Under the pieces are notes generated by a model. It worked only from the letters and a program-made list of their open reading frames with translations, had not been told where the DNA came from and made no database searches. The translations under genes and the position numbers were made by a program. DNA of 37,523 bases from Phoronis australis (lineage: Eukaryota; Animalia; Phoronida), in assembly GCA_002633005.1 (NCBI GenBank), contig NMRA01000797.1, forward strand, positions 104,212 through 141,734, in the 5' to 3' direction. Below are positions 35,726 to 37,523 of this stretch, piece after piece (positions within the stretch are counted from its first letter, which is position 1; each line of letters opens with the position of its first letter).

Positions 35726-36819
35726 TAAACAAAATGAATTACGATGAATGCATAGAGCGCTAGCAAGGTCTTGACCTTTTTTGTTTATTTTGAGTGAAGC
35801 ATAGCCTCTACTTTGTTTTTAATGTTAAATTACCTTTGAACATATCAGCACTATAAGTTGACCTTAACTGATCTTTGACTAAACAAAAAAGTTATTGTAT
35901 TGCCGTGAGGACACCGTAATTGTGTGATCCGTACCGTACCTATTATATTGAATAATAAAAAGATTAAAAAAGGATTGGTGGAAATCATCAAAGCAGGGTT
36001 CCGGATCATTTTAAGAATTGTGCAGGTCTGAAATCAGAACAGAATGACTGAACATCTACAAAGGGTACCTTTTTACAAAGACTCAATTTTAATTGAGCTA
36101 ACTCTACAGAAGGATAGGATTTAAGTATCAGTCCACGGATCCACCGACCACAGTACAGCCAACAAGCGGCAAGGTGGGGGGTCAACCATTCAGATCAACT
36201 ATGGCTAAGTACAGGCTCTCCAGCGATATCCCAGGCGACCGGCAGTAGCGCTGCTCACTACGACTCCGTTTCCGACGTCTGCTTCACTGCGCAATGATGA
36301 AAATTCTCAGTTCATTTTTTTGGAAGAAAGTGGAAACTGAGAGACGATGAAAAAACAGAAGCTGCTTGTAGGATGTGAATTTTAATCGAAGCCTGAGTGC
36401 ATCACTCAGAAACTCATAATTCTCTCTTTGTCAAACCTTAGTTAAGACGGTTTCCAAAGCAATCGCGTCATTAATGCTAACAAAAAAAAAACGGTTTGGC
36501 CTTTTAGGCAAACACTACAAATTTGTTACGAACTGATTGCACAAAATATAAAAAGTGTAATAAGCATTACAAAAAGAAGTAGGTTTCACGCAAAAAAGTT
36601 GTGGACCATAAACAAGTAGGTCTCTTATTTTAAAGTTATGAGTGAAATCGTGGTGGTGCAGTCGGTGGAAAAGCAGGCGCCCTTTTAGACCGGCAGCCCA
36701 GAGCACTTAGCATAGATGAACGAGGTACCAACATCTGACCACGGGCGCATTTTAAGTCCACTTCAGTATGTACAGAAATGGACGTCTGCCCGCGTTGTCT
36801 GCACTCTGGGGGTGACCCC

Positions 36820-37523
36820 TGGGGCCTTACAAAGAGCCCAAAATGAGCTAGACTAGATATTCGAGGTACCAACCAAAACTGATTTAAAACGAACAATAGT
36901 ACCGCACTGAACACCGAATGACCCTTGACAGACAAATTGCACTCTGGAATAGGTCCGGCAGAAACCAAAAAGGACCCCCCAAAAATGAAGACCCCTGGGG
37001 GCCTTACAAAGAGCCCAAAAAATGAGCTAGACTAGATTTTCGAGGTACCGGCCAAAACTGATTTTAAACGAACAATAGTACCGCACTGAACACCAAATGA
37101 CCCATGACAGACAAATTGCACTCTGGAATGGTTCCGGCAGAAACCAAAAAAGGACCCCCCAAAAATGAGCTAGCACATACATTCGAGGTACCACACAAAA
37201 CCAATTCCATGTGATTCAATACATGTCACAGATCACGAAAACCCCTATGACAGACACAATACACTCTGGGTTGTGCCCGGCAGAAACCCCCAAAAATCTC
37301 AACCATGGTATGCCATCAAAAATTTGAGCTAGACTAGATTTTCGAGGTACCGGCCAAAACTGATTTTAAACGAACAATAGTACCGCACTGAACACTAAAT
37401 GACCTATGACAGACAAATTGCACTCTGGAATGGGTCCGGCAGAAACCAAAAAGGACCCCCCAAAAATGAGCTAGCACATACATTCGAGGTACCACACAAA
37501 ACCAATTCCATGTGATTCAATAC
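36820..37523. repeat. Satellite array with ~142-179-bp related monomers, running off the window end
   Basis: TGAGCTAG..CGAGGTACC..GACAGAC..CACTCTGG..CCGGCAGAAACC units starting at 36844, 37023, 37166, 37325, 37467. Confidence 0.92.

Overview
Eukaryotic (animal, probably marine invertebrate; inferred from spliceosomal introns, a TSP1 domain and the repeat types) genomic DNA from a draft assembly with single-N joins at 3430, 7253, 9623 and 35664. The ORF track is mostly noise; the real genes are spliced. By following GT-AG sites and intron phases I reconstructed two tandem, same-strand paralogous 9-exon genes (copy A 5382-16520, copy B 20487-32379; 437 codons each). They encode signal peptide | N-terminal His, ~207-aa domain with LPMO/histidine-brace-like hallmarks that does not match the AA15 pattern | linker | thrombospondin type-1 repeat | CBM2-like C-terminal domain. 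Copy B is intact. Copy A has TGG->TAG at a putative sugar-binding Trp, and that TAG also forms an in-frame alternative splice acceptor. Downstream and convergent are the last two coding exons of a FAM111-like trypsin-fold serine protease. The rest is transposon debris (two LINE 3' remnants, a THAP relic, a Polinton/Maverick-type PolB relic, several MITEs), mini/microsatellites and a higher-order satellite. All family assignments are by eye from remembered motifs; no database search was run.
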